A stretch of DNA of 64,000 nt from Candidatus Melainabacteria bacterium 17Bon1m (GTDB lineage Bacteria > Cyanobacteriota > Vampirovibrionia > Obscuribacterales > Obscuribacteraceae): contig JAVLKG010000001.1 of NCBI GenBank assembly GCA_032128875.1, forward strand, positions 832,001 through 896,000, read 5' to 3'. The notes beneath the pieces are model-generated. The model was not told the origin of the DNA. It made no database searches and saw nothing but the letters and a program-made list of their open reading frames with translations. Shown one piece after another: positions 10,217-19,710 of the stretch (positions are counted from its first letter, which is position 1; each line of letters starts with the position of its first letter). A program made the position numbers and the translations under genes.

Positions 10217-12079
10217 TTGAAAAACCCTACTCAGCTGGAAAACTTTCATCAGCTTATCGATATCTCGAGCATGAACTCTTCTACGTCAAAACCCATGCAA
10301 GAAAAGGTCCAGCAACCAACCCCGGTCCATGAACCAACGACCGTGCAAGATCCGACCACTGCGTGGAATTCGAAGTGCAGCCTGGCCCTCCTGGCCACCT
10401 TTGCTGTGGGGATAGGCGTTTACTTCAATGCTCTCGGCAGTTTTCCACTGTTCAACCCAGATGAAGCGCTGTATGCCGAGCCTGCACGAGAGATGCTGAA
10501 GAATGGCGACTGGCTGACCACCCATCTCAACTGTATTGTTCGCTACACAAAACCTCCACTCGTAATTTGGGCGCAAGCTGCGCTTATGAGCGTTCTTGGC
10601 GTCAGTGAGTTTGCTGCACGTTCGTTTGGCGCTGCGTGTGGAGTTTTGCTTGTTGTGGTGACACAAGCCTTTGTCACTCGCTATGTCAATTTGCGCGCTG
10701 GAATTGCTGCCGGCTTTTCATTAATGACTGCGCCTCTTTTCTTTGGAACCGCACGAGAATGCATCACCGATGTTCCTCTGTCGCTTTTCCTGGGTGGGGC
10801 GATAATGGCGTTTTACGCAGCCTTTCGTGAGGGTGGCAACAAGCTGCTCGCGACAATTGGATATTTGCTTATCGCTCTTGCTGTAATGACAAAAGGACCG
10901 GTCGCAATAGTTCTTCCTGTTGCGATCTTAGGTTTTTACTATCTAACAACCGGGTGTTTGAAGCAAGCCTGGCAGCGTTTTTTCCCGATTGTGGGCGCGC
11001 TCATTGTCGCTGTTCTTGCGCTGCCCTGGTTTGTTCTTGAGATTGCTGCAACGAAAGGCGAGTACTTCCAAGAATTTTTCGTTCGCGAAAATTTCCAGCG
11101 TTTCACTTCGGAAGTTGATTCACACAAGGCGCCGATCTGGTATCACGTTGCTGCCGTTATGGGCGGCTTCTTGCCGTTTTCGCTCTTCTTGCCTCAAGCG
11201 GCATTCGAGACTCTGCAAGTCGTAAGAGATAAATTGAAAGAGCCTGTGTCGAGCGCAAAAACCGTTTTTGCAAAAGTATTGGCGGTTCCGACGGCGTTGA
11301 ATCAGTTGGAGCCAAATCAGTCTTTGCAGTACTTTGCGCTTCTCTGGCTCTGTATTACCGTTGCATTTTTCAGCGTGAGCGTCTCCAAGCTCTTGCCTTA
11401 TACATTGCCCGCATTTCCGGCTGCCGCTATTTTGTTTGCTTTGGAAATCGAGCGCGCAATAACGAAGCCCGCGCGCTGGCGGCTCATGGTGCCTGTTTCG
11501 ATAATTGCATTAGCATGCGTCGTTGGATACTTCATAATGCCCTTCGCACTTTCTAAAGTGAGAAATCTCACTGATGGAGTGCTGCCTTTGGCTCAAACAG
11601 CATGGGCCGCAATGGCTGTAGCAATGAGTGTAGCCGCCGTTTCTGCGTGGGTAAACAGAAGGCAAATCGCAGTTGGAGTTGTACTTGCTGCGCAAGTTCT
11701 TCTTTGTGTTTTGCTCGCTGTGCCATTGACCTTAAAACTCTCGCAGCTCTGGGAAGGTCCGCTTCCTGAGATGGCTCGCTATGTGGGAAAGGTCTCCGAG
11801 CCAGCCTTCGTATTTGATATGCGCAAACCTGGTGTTCCGTTTTATGCTGACAGGCAGATGTCGCAAGCGTGGACATGGGCAGCACTAACTTCCGAACTTA
11901 GCCGCCTCAACCGCGCGTATGTGATTACACGCTCGCGAAACAAAGGTCCATTACTCGAGATGCCTGGTTATACAGTGATCAAAGAAGAAGGGCTGTATTT
12001 GCTTTTGCGCTTCGATAACCCGTTTCCGCCTAAAGAGCCCTACACTCCCAGCCCCGGCATCCACAGCATGCAACGTTGA
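10217..12079 (+). CDS. ArnT/PMT-like membrane glycosyltransferase (second paralog; true start probably downstream)
   Basis: PDEALYAEPAREM, TKPPLVIW, LAVMTKGP, SKLLPYTLP. Confidence 0.9.
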   Translation: MKNPTQLENFHQLIDISSMNSSTSKPMQEKVQQPTPVHEPTTVQDPTTAWNSKCSLALLATFAVGIGVYFNALGSFPLFNPDEALYAEPAREMLKNGDWLTTHLNCIVRYTKPPLVIWAQAALMSVLGVSEFAARSFGAACGVLLVVVTQAFVTRYVNLRAGIAAGFSLMTAPLFFGTARECITDVPLSLFLGGAIMAFYAAFREGGNKLLATIGYLLIALAVMTKGPVAIVLPVAILGFYYLTTGCLKQAWQRFFPIVGALIVAVLALPWFVLEIAATKGEYFQEFFVRENFQRFTSEVDSHKAPIWYHVAAVMGGFLPFSLFLPQAAFETLQVVRDKLKEPVSSAKTVFAKVLAVPTALNQLEPNQSLQYFALLWLCITVAFFSVSVSKLLPYTLPAFPAAAILFALEIERAITKPARWRLMVPVSIIALACVVGYFIMPFALSKVRNLTDGVLPLAQTAWAAMAVAMSVAAVSAWVNRRQIAVGVVLAAQVLLCVLLAVPLTLKLSQLWEGPLPEMARYVGKVSEPAFVFDMRKPGVPFYADRQMSQAWTWAALTSELSRLNRAYVITRSRNKGPLLEMPGYTVIKEEGLYLLLRFDNPFPPKEPYTPSPGIHSMQR

Positions 12080-12095
12080 TTGCAACAAGGTTTGT

Positions 12096-13277
12096 CTAAA
12101 CTGCTTGTCCGGCGGCGTGTCCTGAAGCCCACGCCCATTGGAAGTTATATCCGCCCAGCTGTCCTGTGACATCAACTACTTCGCCAATAAAGTAGAGCCC
12201 AGGTACTTTCTTCGCTTCCATTGTTTGAGACGACAAAGCGTTGGTGTCCACACCACCTCTCGTCACTTCAGCCTTCTTGTAGCCGACCGTGCCTTGCGGT
12301 GTAATCTGCCAATTCTCCAGCCTATTGGTTAGCGCGCGCATCTTCACTTCGGAGAGTTCGGAAATATTACCTTTGATGTTTTCCATCTGACACAAGATTT
12401 CCGCCAGTCTACGCGGGATGATCTCTGCCAGAATGTTTTTCACTTCCTTGTTAGAACCTTCCGCAAAACGTTCATTGAAATAGCGGACTGGGTCTATGTC
12501 CGGAGCGATATTGATATTGATCGCATTGCCTCTTTTCCAGTAGAGTGATGCTTGCAAACTTGCTGGACCCGACAATCCCGTGTGCGTAAAAAGTATATTT
12601 TCGCGAAATGCAGCTTTGTTGACGGTAACCACCGAGTCAACGGAAACGCCCGTGAGCTCTTTGAATTTCGATAGATCCGCAGAGCTAAAGTTGAAACCAT
12701 CCAACGCCGGACTTGTTTCCACCAATTTCAAATCAAATTGCTGCGCAATCTGATATCCGAACCCGGTAGCGCCAATCTGTGGAATGGATAATCCGCCGGT
12801 TGCAATGACGAGTGACTCGCAGCTCAAGGACTCGGTGTTCGTGTATATGAGATAGCTGCCGTCCGCTTCTCTTTTTACTTCCTTGACGATTCTGCCTTTG
12901 TAAAACTCCGCGCCGGCCTTCTCGCATTCTGCAACGAGCATATCTACTATCTGGCTTGCGGACCCGTCACAAAAGAGCTGCCCGAGCTTCTTTTCGTGAT
13001 ATGCGATTTTGTGGTTTTCCACCATCTCAATAAATTCGCCTGGCGAATAACGAGACAGAGCTGACTTATGAAAGTGCGGATTGTTGGAAACGTAGTTATC
13101 CGGCCCGGCATTAATGTTGGTGAAATTGCACCGTCCGCCGCCAGATATGAGAATTTTTCTGCCGATGACCGTCGCATGATCGAGGAGCGCGACGCTGCGG
13201 CCACGTCGTCCCGCGTGGATAGCGCACATCATCCCCGCCCCGCCGGCGCCAATTACAACCACATCGAACTTAAGCAT
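12096..13277 (-). CDS. HI0933/YhiN/BaiN family flavoprotein
   Basis: IGAGGAGMM, KILISGGGRCNFTN, AEVTRGGV, GQLGGYNFQWAWASG. Confidence 0.92.
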   Translation of the reverse strand: MLKFDVVVIGAGGAGMMCAIHAGRRGRSVALLDHATVIGRKILISGGGRCNFTNINAGPDNYVSNNPHFHKSALSRYSPGEFIEMVENHKIAYHEKKLGQLFCDGSASQIVDMLVAECEKAGAEFYKGRIVKEVKREADGSYLIYTNTESLSCESLVIATGGLSIPQIGATGFGYQIAQQFDLKLVETSPALDGFNFSSADLSKFKELTGVSVDSVVTVNKAAFRENILFTHTGLSGPASLQASLYWKRGNAININIAPDIDPVRYFNERFAEGSNKEVKNILAEIIPRRLAEILCQMENIKGNISELSEVKMRALTNRLENWQITPQGTVGYKKAEVTRGGVDTNALSSQTMEAKKVPGLYFIGEVVDVTGQLGGYNFQWAWASGHAAGQAV

Positions 13278-13375
13278 CCAAAATCTCTTCTTGATCCCGA
13301 GCGATTATACTCTTCAGTTCCAGTTGGCTGCGTCCAATTGCAAAAGCTGTCAGCAAATCCAAGAGGAAACTTTGC

Positions 13376-15199
13376 ATGCTCGGTTCAAATTGCTCCCGGT
13401 TTTTTGCTCTTAGCGCATCACTTATTGCCGGGCTGACTATTTCTGCTTCTTCAGTGCTGGCTCTTCCTTTTGTGCATACAGGGGCTGCTGAAGCAGAGCC
13501 GGCAACGGAAGATCTTGCTTACAAAACCCCCATTCCAGAAGCTGCGGACATCGTATTCAGAAACGGAGCAATTTGCACGATGGACCCAGCAAGAAGCTGG
13601 TGTCAGGCTGTTGTAATTAAACGCGGTCGAATCGTATTTGTCGGAAGCGATGAGAAGGTGAAACCCTGGATTGGTTCTCAAACTAAAACGATAGACCTCA
13701 ACGGGCGCATGATTTTGCCCAGTTTTCACGACACTCACGTGCACCTTGCTGAAGGTGGAGTAGAGCTCGGGCAATTAAGTTTAGAGGGCTGCGCCGACAT
13801 TGCCGACGCAATGAAGCGATTGAAAAATTATGCTGAGAAGAACCCCGATCAAAAGTGGATTCTCGGAGGAAATTGGGCGTTGACGCTTTTCCCGAATGCC
13901 AATCCGAAGAAGGAAACGCTCGACGAAGTTGTGAAAGACAGGCCAGTGTTCTTAATCTCAAACGACGGACACTCCGCGTGGGCGAATTCAAAAGCGATTG
14001 AATTGTCCGGCGTCACTGCAAAAACGGCTGATCCACCCCTCGGAAGAATCGAGAGGGACGAGAAAACTGGAGAACCAAGTGGAGCTTTTCGCGAGGCGGC
14101 AATGGATCTGATTCGGCGAAAGTCCCCACGCGTGACTGATACTCAGATGTTGGAAGGCACTAAGAATGCCGTGAAGTACGCCAATTCGTTTGGAATTACG
14201 CATGTAACGGAGGCGAACGCTGGCGAAGATATTCTCAGGACTTACAGAAAACTCGATGACGATAACTCGCTCAATTTAAAGGTAAGAGCATCCCTGGAGA
14301 CGGATCCTCAAGGTACTGAGAAGCAAGTAAATAGGGCTCGTGCATTGCGCAGGAAGTACAGCGCCGGAAAACTCTGCGTGGGAGAAGCGAAATTCTTTGC
14401 GGACGGTGTTGTCGAAACGCACACCGCATCGGTTTTGACGCCGTATCTGGACAAGAAGGAAGAGACAGGAATAAGCAATTGGACTGACGAGAAATTTGCA
14501 AAAGTTGCGACCGAATTTGAGAAAGCTGGTTTTCAAATTCACATCCACGCAATCGGTGATAAGGCTGTGCGTCAGGCTTTGAACTCGATTGAAGCTTCTC
14601 GAAAAGCGAATGGTGATCTCGACCTGCGTCCTCATATCGCGCACCTTCAGCTTGTGGACAAAGCCGATTTGCCGCGTTTTCGCAAATTGGGTGTAACTGC
14701 CACATTCCAAGCTCTGTGGGCTTATCGGGATGTTTTCGTCAAGGATTTGACCGTTCCGGTTTTGGGTGAAGAACGGACCAACAGCATGTATCCGATCAAT
14801 AGTTTGTTGAAGCACGGAACGGTTCTGTCTGCCGGCAGCGATTGGACTGTAAGTTCTCTCAATCCGCTGGATGCCATCGAAGTTGCTGTCACAAGAAAGG
14901 GACTCGCGGATAAGGCAGAAGACAATAAGGATGAACCTCTTAATCTCGATGAGCGTGTAAATTTGATGGACTTCCTGGCCGCTTACACCTCTGGCGGCGC
15001 GTATGTAGACCATTCCGATGCGGAGTCTGGTTCTCTCGAAGTAGGCAAAGCCGCTGACTTGATCGTGCTGGAGAAAAACCTTTTCGACGTGCCGCATACG
15101 GATATCCACAAAGTCAAAGTAATGCAAACTATGCTCGATGGAAAGTTCGTCTACGACAGAGAAAGCGAGTTCGAAAAGACCTCCTCGGCGACAAGGTAA
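13376..15199 (+). CDS. Amidohydrolase_3 (YtcJ-like), predicted exported
   Basis: PSFHDTHVH, HIHAIGD, IAHLQLV, AGSDW, GSLEVGKAADLIVL; N-terminal signal peptide. Confidence 0.9.
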   Translation: MLGSNCSRFFALSASLIAGLTISASSVLALPFVHTGAAEAEPATEDLAYKTPIPEAADIVFRNGAICTMDPARSWCQAVVIKRGRIVFVGSDEKVKPWIGSQTKTIDLNGRMILPSFHDTHVHLAEGGVELGQLSLEGCADIADAMKRLKNYAEKNPDQKWILGGNWALTLFPNANPKKETLDEVVKDRPVFLISNDGHSAWANSKAIELSGVTAKTADPPLGRIERDEKTGEPSGAFREAAMDLIRRKSPRVTDTQMLEGTKNAVKYANSFGITHVTEANAGEDILRTYRKLDDDNSLNLKVRASLETDPQGTEKQVNRARALRRKYSAGKLCVGEAKFFADGVVETHTASVLTPYLDKKEETGISNWTDEKFAKVATEFEKAGFQIHIHAIGDKAVRQALNSIEASRKANGDLDLRPHIAHLQLVDKADLPRFRKLGVTATFQALWAYRDVFVKDLTVPVLGEERTNSMYPINSLLKHGTVLSAGSDWTVSSLNPLDAIEVAVTRKGLADKAEDNKDEPLNLDERVNLMDFLAAYTSGGAYVDHSDAESGSLEVGKAADLIVLEKNLFDVPHTDIHKVKVMQTMLDGKFVYDRESEFEKTSSATR

Positions 15200-15272
15200 G
15201 ACTCCTAAGCCTAGAAAACAAATGCGGACGGCAATTAAGCCGCCCGCATTCCATCATGCGTTGTTGAAAGAG

Positions 15273-15848
15273 TTACTGCAGTCCTTCGGGGTGTTCTGCG
15301 TTGGAATTGGCTATGTAAGCGCAATTTGCCGGTTTTCCAACAATAGGCACTGAACCGATGAAAGGCATCCCGGACATATTCAGCCAGGGATTGATCGTGA
15401 ATTGAGTTCTGATTTGATACTCGTAAATGTTGTTTTGGGTGTCCGCAGGTCCGCCCAAGCCGGAATTCTTTGTAGAGTATGTGGTTCCGCCTGTGGACAG
15501 GTTGGTGGTCGCGATGTACATATCGGCACCGCAAGAGTTGTATCCACCCAGTGGCGTTATGTTCGCGAACTTTCCAAAGCCCGAATTTCTCAACTTCTTC
15601 GTCTCTTGGTCCATACCATTTAGTGCTTCTTGCCAGGTCGTGGACGACCCTGCGACACTCGCCGCCTGGCGCGTAATCATCAAAACAGTCGCCGAACTCG
15701 TCGCGAAGCCAATCAAGTTGATGAGAGGAAAGAGAACAACGAGAAAGAAGATAAAGAGGACTGGTGCGAATTCCGCAATTGCGCCGCTCCCAGTAGGACG
15801 ACGCATTCTCTTGGTTCTGCACGTTGCAACACGGTGACCCATAGCCAC
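15273..15848 (-). CDS. TadE-like pseudopilin
   Basis: RRPTG-SGAIAEFAPVLFIFFLVVLFPLI prepilin-like cleavage region (G..E+5) followed by a TM helix. Confidence 0.7.
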   Translation of the reverse strand: MAMGHRVATCRTKRMRRPTGSGAIAEFAPVLFIFFLVVLFPLINLIGFATSSATVLMITRQAASVAGSSTTWQEALNGMDQETKKLRNSGFGKFANITPLGGYNSCGADMYIATTNLSTGGTTYSTKNSGLGGPADTQNNIYEYQIRTQFTINPWLNMSGMPFIGSVPIVGKPANCAYIANSNAEHPEGLQ

Positions 15849-15953
15849 TCAAACCCCCCGGTCGAAAATGGGCAAGGAAACCCACTTATATTATTCCCTG
15901 TAAGATAGACAACGATCTCACCCGAGCGGGTGAGGGTAAAGAGGCGTAAACCG

Positions 15954-16322
15954 ATGAAAGATTGTCAGGATAAGCTGTCCAGCGTTGTCGGAAGCAAAGT
16001 TGTACGGGCTAGCAGCAGTCTGAACCAGCTTGCCGTTGAGTTTTCAGGGGATAAATGCCTCTTTCTTGACGTCAAAGTGTCTGAAGACGGACCGTCCATC
16101 GAACCAACAGTGACGGATGCCTCCAATTTCCCTTCCGAAGGCGATGTTGTCTGTAAGGTTGACTGGAGTTGGATTTCGGGCGGTGAGCTTACCGACATTA
16201 AAACGGGCGTCGACCAGTTTAGGCTTATTCTTGCGCCGCAAGGACCTATAACCGTGTCGGCCGGGGTTTGGCAAGGTAAACCGTTCCTCTCCTTCATGCC
16301 TTACAAGGCGCCGGCGAAGTAG
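15954..16322 (+). CDS. Hypothetical protein
   Basis: GAGG before ATG; globular composition (VCKVDWSWI, WQGKPFLSF). Confidence 0.65.
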   Translation: MKDCQDKLSSVVGSKVVRASSSLNQLAVEFSGDKCLFLDVKVSEDGPSIEPTVTDASNFPSEGDVVCKVDWSWISGGELTDIKTGVDQFRLILAPQGPITVSAGVWQGKPFLSFMPYKAPAK

Positions 16323-16455
16323 ATTTCTCCGTTTTTTAAGCTTTTTTGTGGGAAAAACCGGCGGCCGTGCGTATTTTCCCCAATCGATTCTTTTATGGGA
16401 ACGGTTTAATATTCTGGCATTGAAGGCAACCCAAGTGCAGAACGGAGATTCACCC

Positions 16456-16629
16456 ATGAATCCGACCACGATAACTAACCAAGTCGAAGGCGCCGAATCC
16501 AGAACACAAGGCGACAATCGCCAAGGTCAATCAGCTGCCAGTTCCAGTGCAAACCAAAACGCCACTCCCGTCTGCAACAATGGAGTATGCATGGTCACCT
16601 GGAAGCCTACTAAACCGCAAGCTGCCTAA
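16456..16629 (+). CDS. Small hypothetical protein with C-terminal CNNGVC motif
   Basis: GGAG before ATG 16456; 57 aa. Confidence 0.6.
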   Translation: MNPTTITNQVEGAESRTQGDNRQGQSAASSSANQNATPVCNNGVCMVTWKPTKPQAA

Positions 16630-16656
16630 TAAAATACAAAGCGCCGATTGCGCTAA

Positions 16657-16872
16657 TTAAGCTTCAACAACCGCTCGTTTCCGCTTAGTCGAAACGGGCG
16701 TTTCTGTTTGTTGTGCCTTTGCCTTCATTCTCTTTTCGAGTTGGGCAACCGAAAAAGGATAAGGACACCAGCCAGCTCCATTCACAGGACATGTTGCAAG
16801 CGCTGCACTGGACACCTTTGCCCGACGTGCTTTAGTGCGCTTTGGAGCCGTCTTTGTGCTCGGTTTTTTCAT
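16657..16872 (-). CDS. Small basic hypothetical protein (CPVNGAGWCPYPF core)
   Basis: AGGAGAG before ATG; Lys/Arg-rich ends. Confidence 0.65.
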   Translation of the reverse strand: MKKPSTKTAPKRTKARRAKVSSAALATCPVNGAGWCPYPFSVAQLEKRMKAKAQQTETPVSTKRKRAVVEA

Positions 16873-17322
16873 GCCGCTCTCCTTGTGAGTCTATATTTGG
16901 TATACCACCAAATGCAGAATTGGCGCGCACCTCACTTTAATTTGCTTGAAAAAATCAGTGATTCTCGTGCCTTTGAAATGCCCGAAAAGGTAGACTAACT
17001 GACTGTTTTCGAGTTCCGGAGATATCGAAAAATTTTATCTTTCTCCGTGATCATTTCTTGCTTTCGGCATCAAAAGTACGTTCAAATAGTGTGCAATTTT
17101 TTTTTGAAAATCATGCGCGAAAAGATATCACTGTTGCGTGAGGCAGGCATCTGTATTTCGAATGCCGTGAGTTTAAAAATTGAAGTTGTGGGAAATTGCT
17201 GACGTCCGTCAAGCCAAATCCAATGTGCCTGAATGCTGCTACTGTGTATGTGCACGTCGGAGTGATTTTTGTGGTTTTCAACGGCTGTAACACAGAGAAT
17301 TCAATACGGGGCGGTATTGTCA

Positions 17323-18840
17323 ATGCAAACTGAAGACGGGGAAAACACGACTGAACATTTGACCACGCAAGTAGCACATGCTGATGGCCGCGTAGAACTG
17401 ACCGATGAGTCTCTTATTTCTTCTAGTCCAATCTACAATCATGACCTTGCACCCATCCCAGTCTCTGAACGCAATTGGTCGACTTACAATTACGCTGCTC
17501 TCTGGGTGAGCATGTCTGCATGTATTCCCACATACATGCTTTCTTCCAGCCTTATTGCAAATGGTATGAATTGGTGGCAAGCAGTCATCACTATTTTGCT
17601 AGGCAATATCATCGTGTTGGTGCCGATTCTGCTGAATTCTCATCCTGGCACCAAATACGGTATCCCTTTTCCGGTTTTCGCTCGCGCCGCATACGGAACA
17701 TATGGTTCAAATTTGCCCGCACTTATGCGAGCTATCGTTGCTTGCGGATGGTTTGGCATTCAAGCTTGGATTGGCGGTCAGGCACTGCATGTATTTTTTA
17801 AATCGGTTTTTCCCTCCTGGGAAACAGCGCTCGGCGGTCCGATTGGTGGACATTTGCTCGGTGAATGGATCGGGTTCGCTCTATTCTGGGGGCTAAACAT
17901 CCTTATCATCTATAAGGGCATGGATCTGCTCAAGAAGGTTGAAGGACTTGCTGCTCCATTCGTCATGATCATGTGTTTTGCCATGGTTGTATGGGCTGTT
18001 TCGTCGGCTCACGGATTCGGCGGAATGCTCGGTGACGGCGGCAAATTTCCAACCTTGTCGGCATTCTTGCCAGTATTTATTCCAAATTTGACCGCCATGA
18101 TTGGATTTTGGGCGACACTTTCGTTGAACATGCCGGACTTTACTCGTTTTGGCAAAAGTCAGAAAGAACAAACAGTCGGGCAAGTCGTTGCGCTGCCCAC
18201 AGCAATGACTGTTTTTGCATCAATGGGTATTGTTATTACGTCTTGTGCTCTGGTTATTTATCCGAATACGAGCGGTCAAGAACTTTGGGATCCAGTTAAA
18301 TTGATCGGTCACTTCTCCAATCCGCTCGTCGTTGCCATCGCGATGTTTACGGTCGCAGTGGCGACCTTGGCGGTGAATATTGCGGCAAATGTTGTCTCGC
18401 CCGCGAATGATTTCGCGAATGCTTTTCCTCGCTGGATCAGTTTTCGTACAGGTGGTCTGATTACTGGGATCTTGGGCATCTTGATGCAGCCCTGGCAATT
18501 GGTTGCTGACCCTTCAGGCTACATTTATAAGTGGTTGATTGGTTATTCCGGCGGGCTGGGCGCGATTGGCGGTGTCTTGATTGCAGACTATTGGATCGTT
18601 CGAAAGCAGAAGCTCAATCTGGCGGATTTGTATCTTCAGAAAGGTGAATACACCTATAACAACGGCTGGAATTGGAAGGCTGTGGTCGCCACCATCATCG
18701 GTTGTTTCTTCGCCTGGATTGGCATACTTGTGGATGTGATGAAACCGCTTTACGACTATGGCTGGTTTGTCGGCTTTGCTATGGCAGGCGTTAGCTACAT
18801 CGCCATGATGAAGGGCTCAGCGGCGAAGAAGCCAGAATAA
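17323..18840 (+). CDS. NCS1 family nucleobase:cation symporter
   Basis: GTKYGIPFPVFARAAYG, RAIVACGWFGIQAW, LSLNMPDFTRF, NIAANVVSPANDF. Confidence 0.93.
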   Translation: MQTEDGENTTEHLTTQVAHADGRVELTDESLISSSPIYNHDLAPIPVSERNWSTYNYAALWVSMSACIPTYMLSSSLIANGMNWWQAVITILLGNIIVLVPILLNSHPGTKYGIPFPVFARAAYGTYGSNLPALMRAIVACGWFGIQAWIGGQALHVFFKSVFPSWETALGGPIGGHLLGEWIGFALFWGLNILIIYKGMDLLKKVEGLAAPFVMIMCFAMVVWAVSSAHGFGGMLGDGGKFPTLSAFLPVFIPNLTAMIGFWATLSLNMPDFTRFGKSQKEQTVGQVVALPTAMTVFASMGIVITSCALVIYPNTSGQELWDPVKLIGHFSNPLVVAIAMFTVAVATLAVNIAANVVSPANDFANAFPRWISFRTGGLITGILGILMQPWQLVADPSGYIYKWLIGYSGGLGAIGGVLIADYWIVRKQKLNLADLYLQKGEYTYNNGWNWKAVVATIIGCFFAWIGILVDVMKPLYDYGWFVGFAMAGVSYIAMMKGSAAKKPE

Positions 18841-18987
18841 AACGCCCCTGCCGAACCCAGCTCAACAGTCTTGAAACTGTTAGGACTGTCCTCATCGCGC
18901 TCGACAGAAAGCTGTACCTTGGATTTGTAGGACAAGTCTTTATACCGAACCTGGAGGAGAAGCGATTATTTTCGCTTCGGTTTTAGC

Positions 18988-19710
18988 ATGAAAGAATCTC
19001 GCAAACTCAAAGCCATAAAAGATAAGAAGAATTGGTGGGGCGCTTTATTTCTGTGGATTGTGAATGAGATCGTATTGCGGTTTAAATTCCGCCGCGTTGA
19101 AATTTATGGACGCGACAATGTTCCTAATGATGGTCCCTTCGTCATAGTGAGCAACCACTCTTCTCGATTTGACGGATTGATGGTGTTGCGTGGGTTGCGT
19201 CGAAAAGCAAATTACATGGTCTCTCCTGCCGAGCTCACCGGCTACCAGGGCGTGACACTGCCTTGGGTTGGAGCGTTTCCTGCAGACCCGAAGAGTGATC
19301 TGATTGGGTTTTCAGAAGCGGGATTTCGCAAGAACGAAGGACTCGTAGTCTTTCCTGAAGGCACTGTTTATTACGACGGTGTATTGCGGCCTTTCAAACT
19401 AGGTGCAGCCCGCATTGCATTGGCAGCGCAAAACGATGGCATTCCCATCAAAGTCATTCCAACTTCAATCATGTATGAGTGGGGCTCTCAGAATATAGCC
19501 AGAATCATATTTGGTGAGCCTGTTGATTTGGAATGTTATGCAGATAGTTATAAAAATGACTCTCTGACTGCCGCGAGAAATTTGAGTGAGAGCCTTTATA
19601 GAGAAGTTGCAGCCTTGAGATCGGAAATCTCGGATCGACCGAATGCCTGCCTGGAGACAGCCTGCAAGCTCAACCGTTCTTGGTCACTAGAATTTGAGAA
19701 AGTAGCCTAA
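18988..19710 (+). CDS. Lysophospholipid acyltransferase (PlsC-like)
   Basis: NHSSRFD (HX4D), VFPEGT, FKLGAARIAL. Confidence 0.88.
   Translation: MKESRKLKAIKDKKNWWGALFLWIVNEIVLRFKFRRVEIYGRDNVPNDGPFVIVSNHSSRFDGLMVLRGLRRKANYMVSPAELTGYQGVTLPWVGAFPADPKSDLIGFSEAGFRKNEGLVVFPEGTVYYDGVLRPFKLGAARIALAAQNDGIPIKVIPTSIMYEWGSQNIARIIFGEPVDLECYADSYKNDSLTAARNLSESLYREVAALRSEISDRPNACLETACKLNRSWSLEFEKVA

Noticed and set aside
14276-15127. 283 aa antisense ORF within the amidohydrolase, and similar antisense ORFs elsewhere
   Set aside because: Shadow ORFs opposite well-supported genes
15235-15885. 216 aa minus-strand ORF overlapping the TadE-like gene
   Set aside because: Alternative frame with Arg/Cys/His-rich non-protein-like composition; the TadE frame has a recognisable motif
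17000-17322. Purine or other riboswitch upstream of the NCS1 permease
   Set aside because: No purine riboswitch core (TATAAT..GG..GTTTCTACC..CCGTAAA) or other consensus recognised by eye
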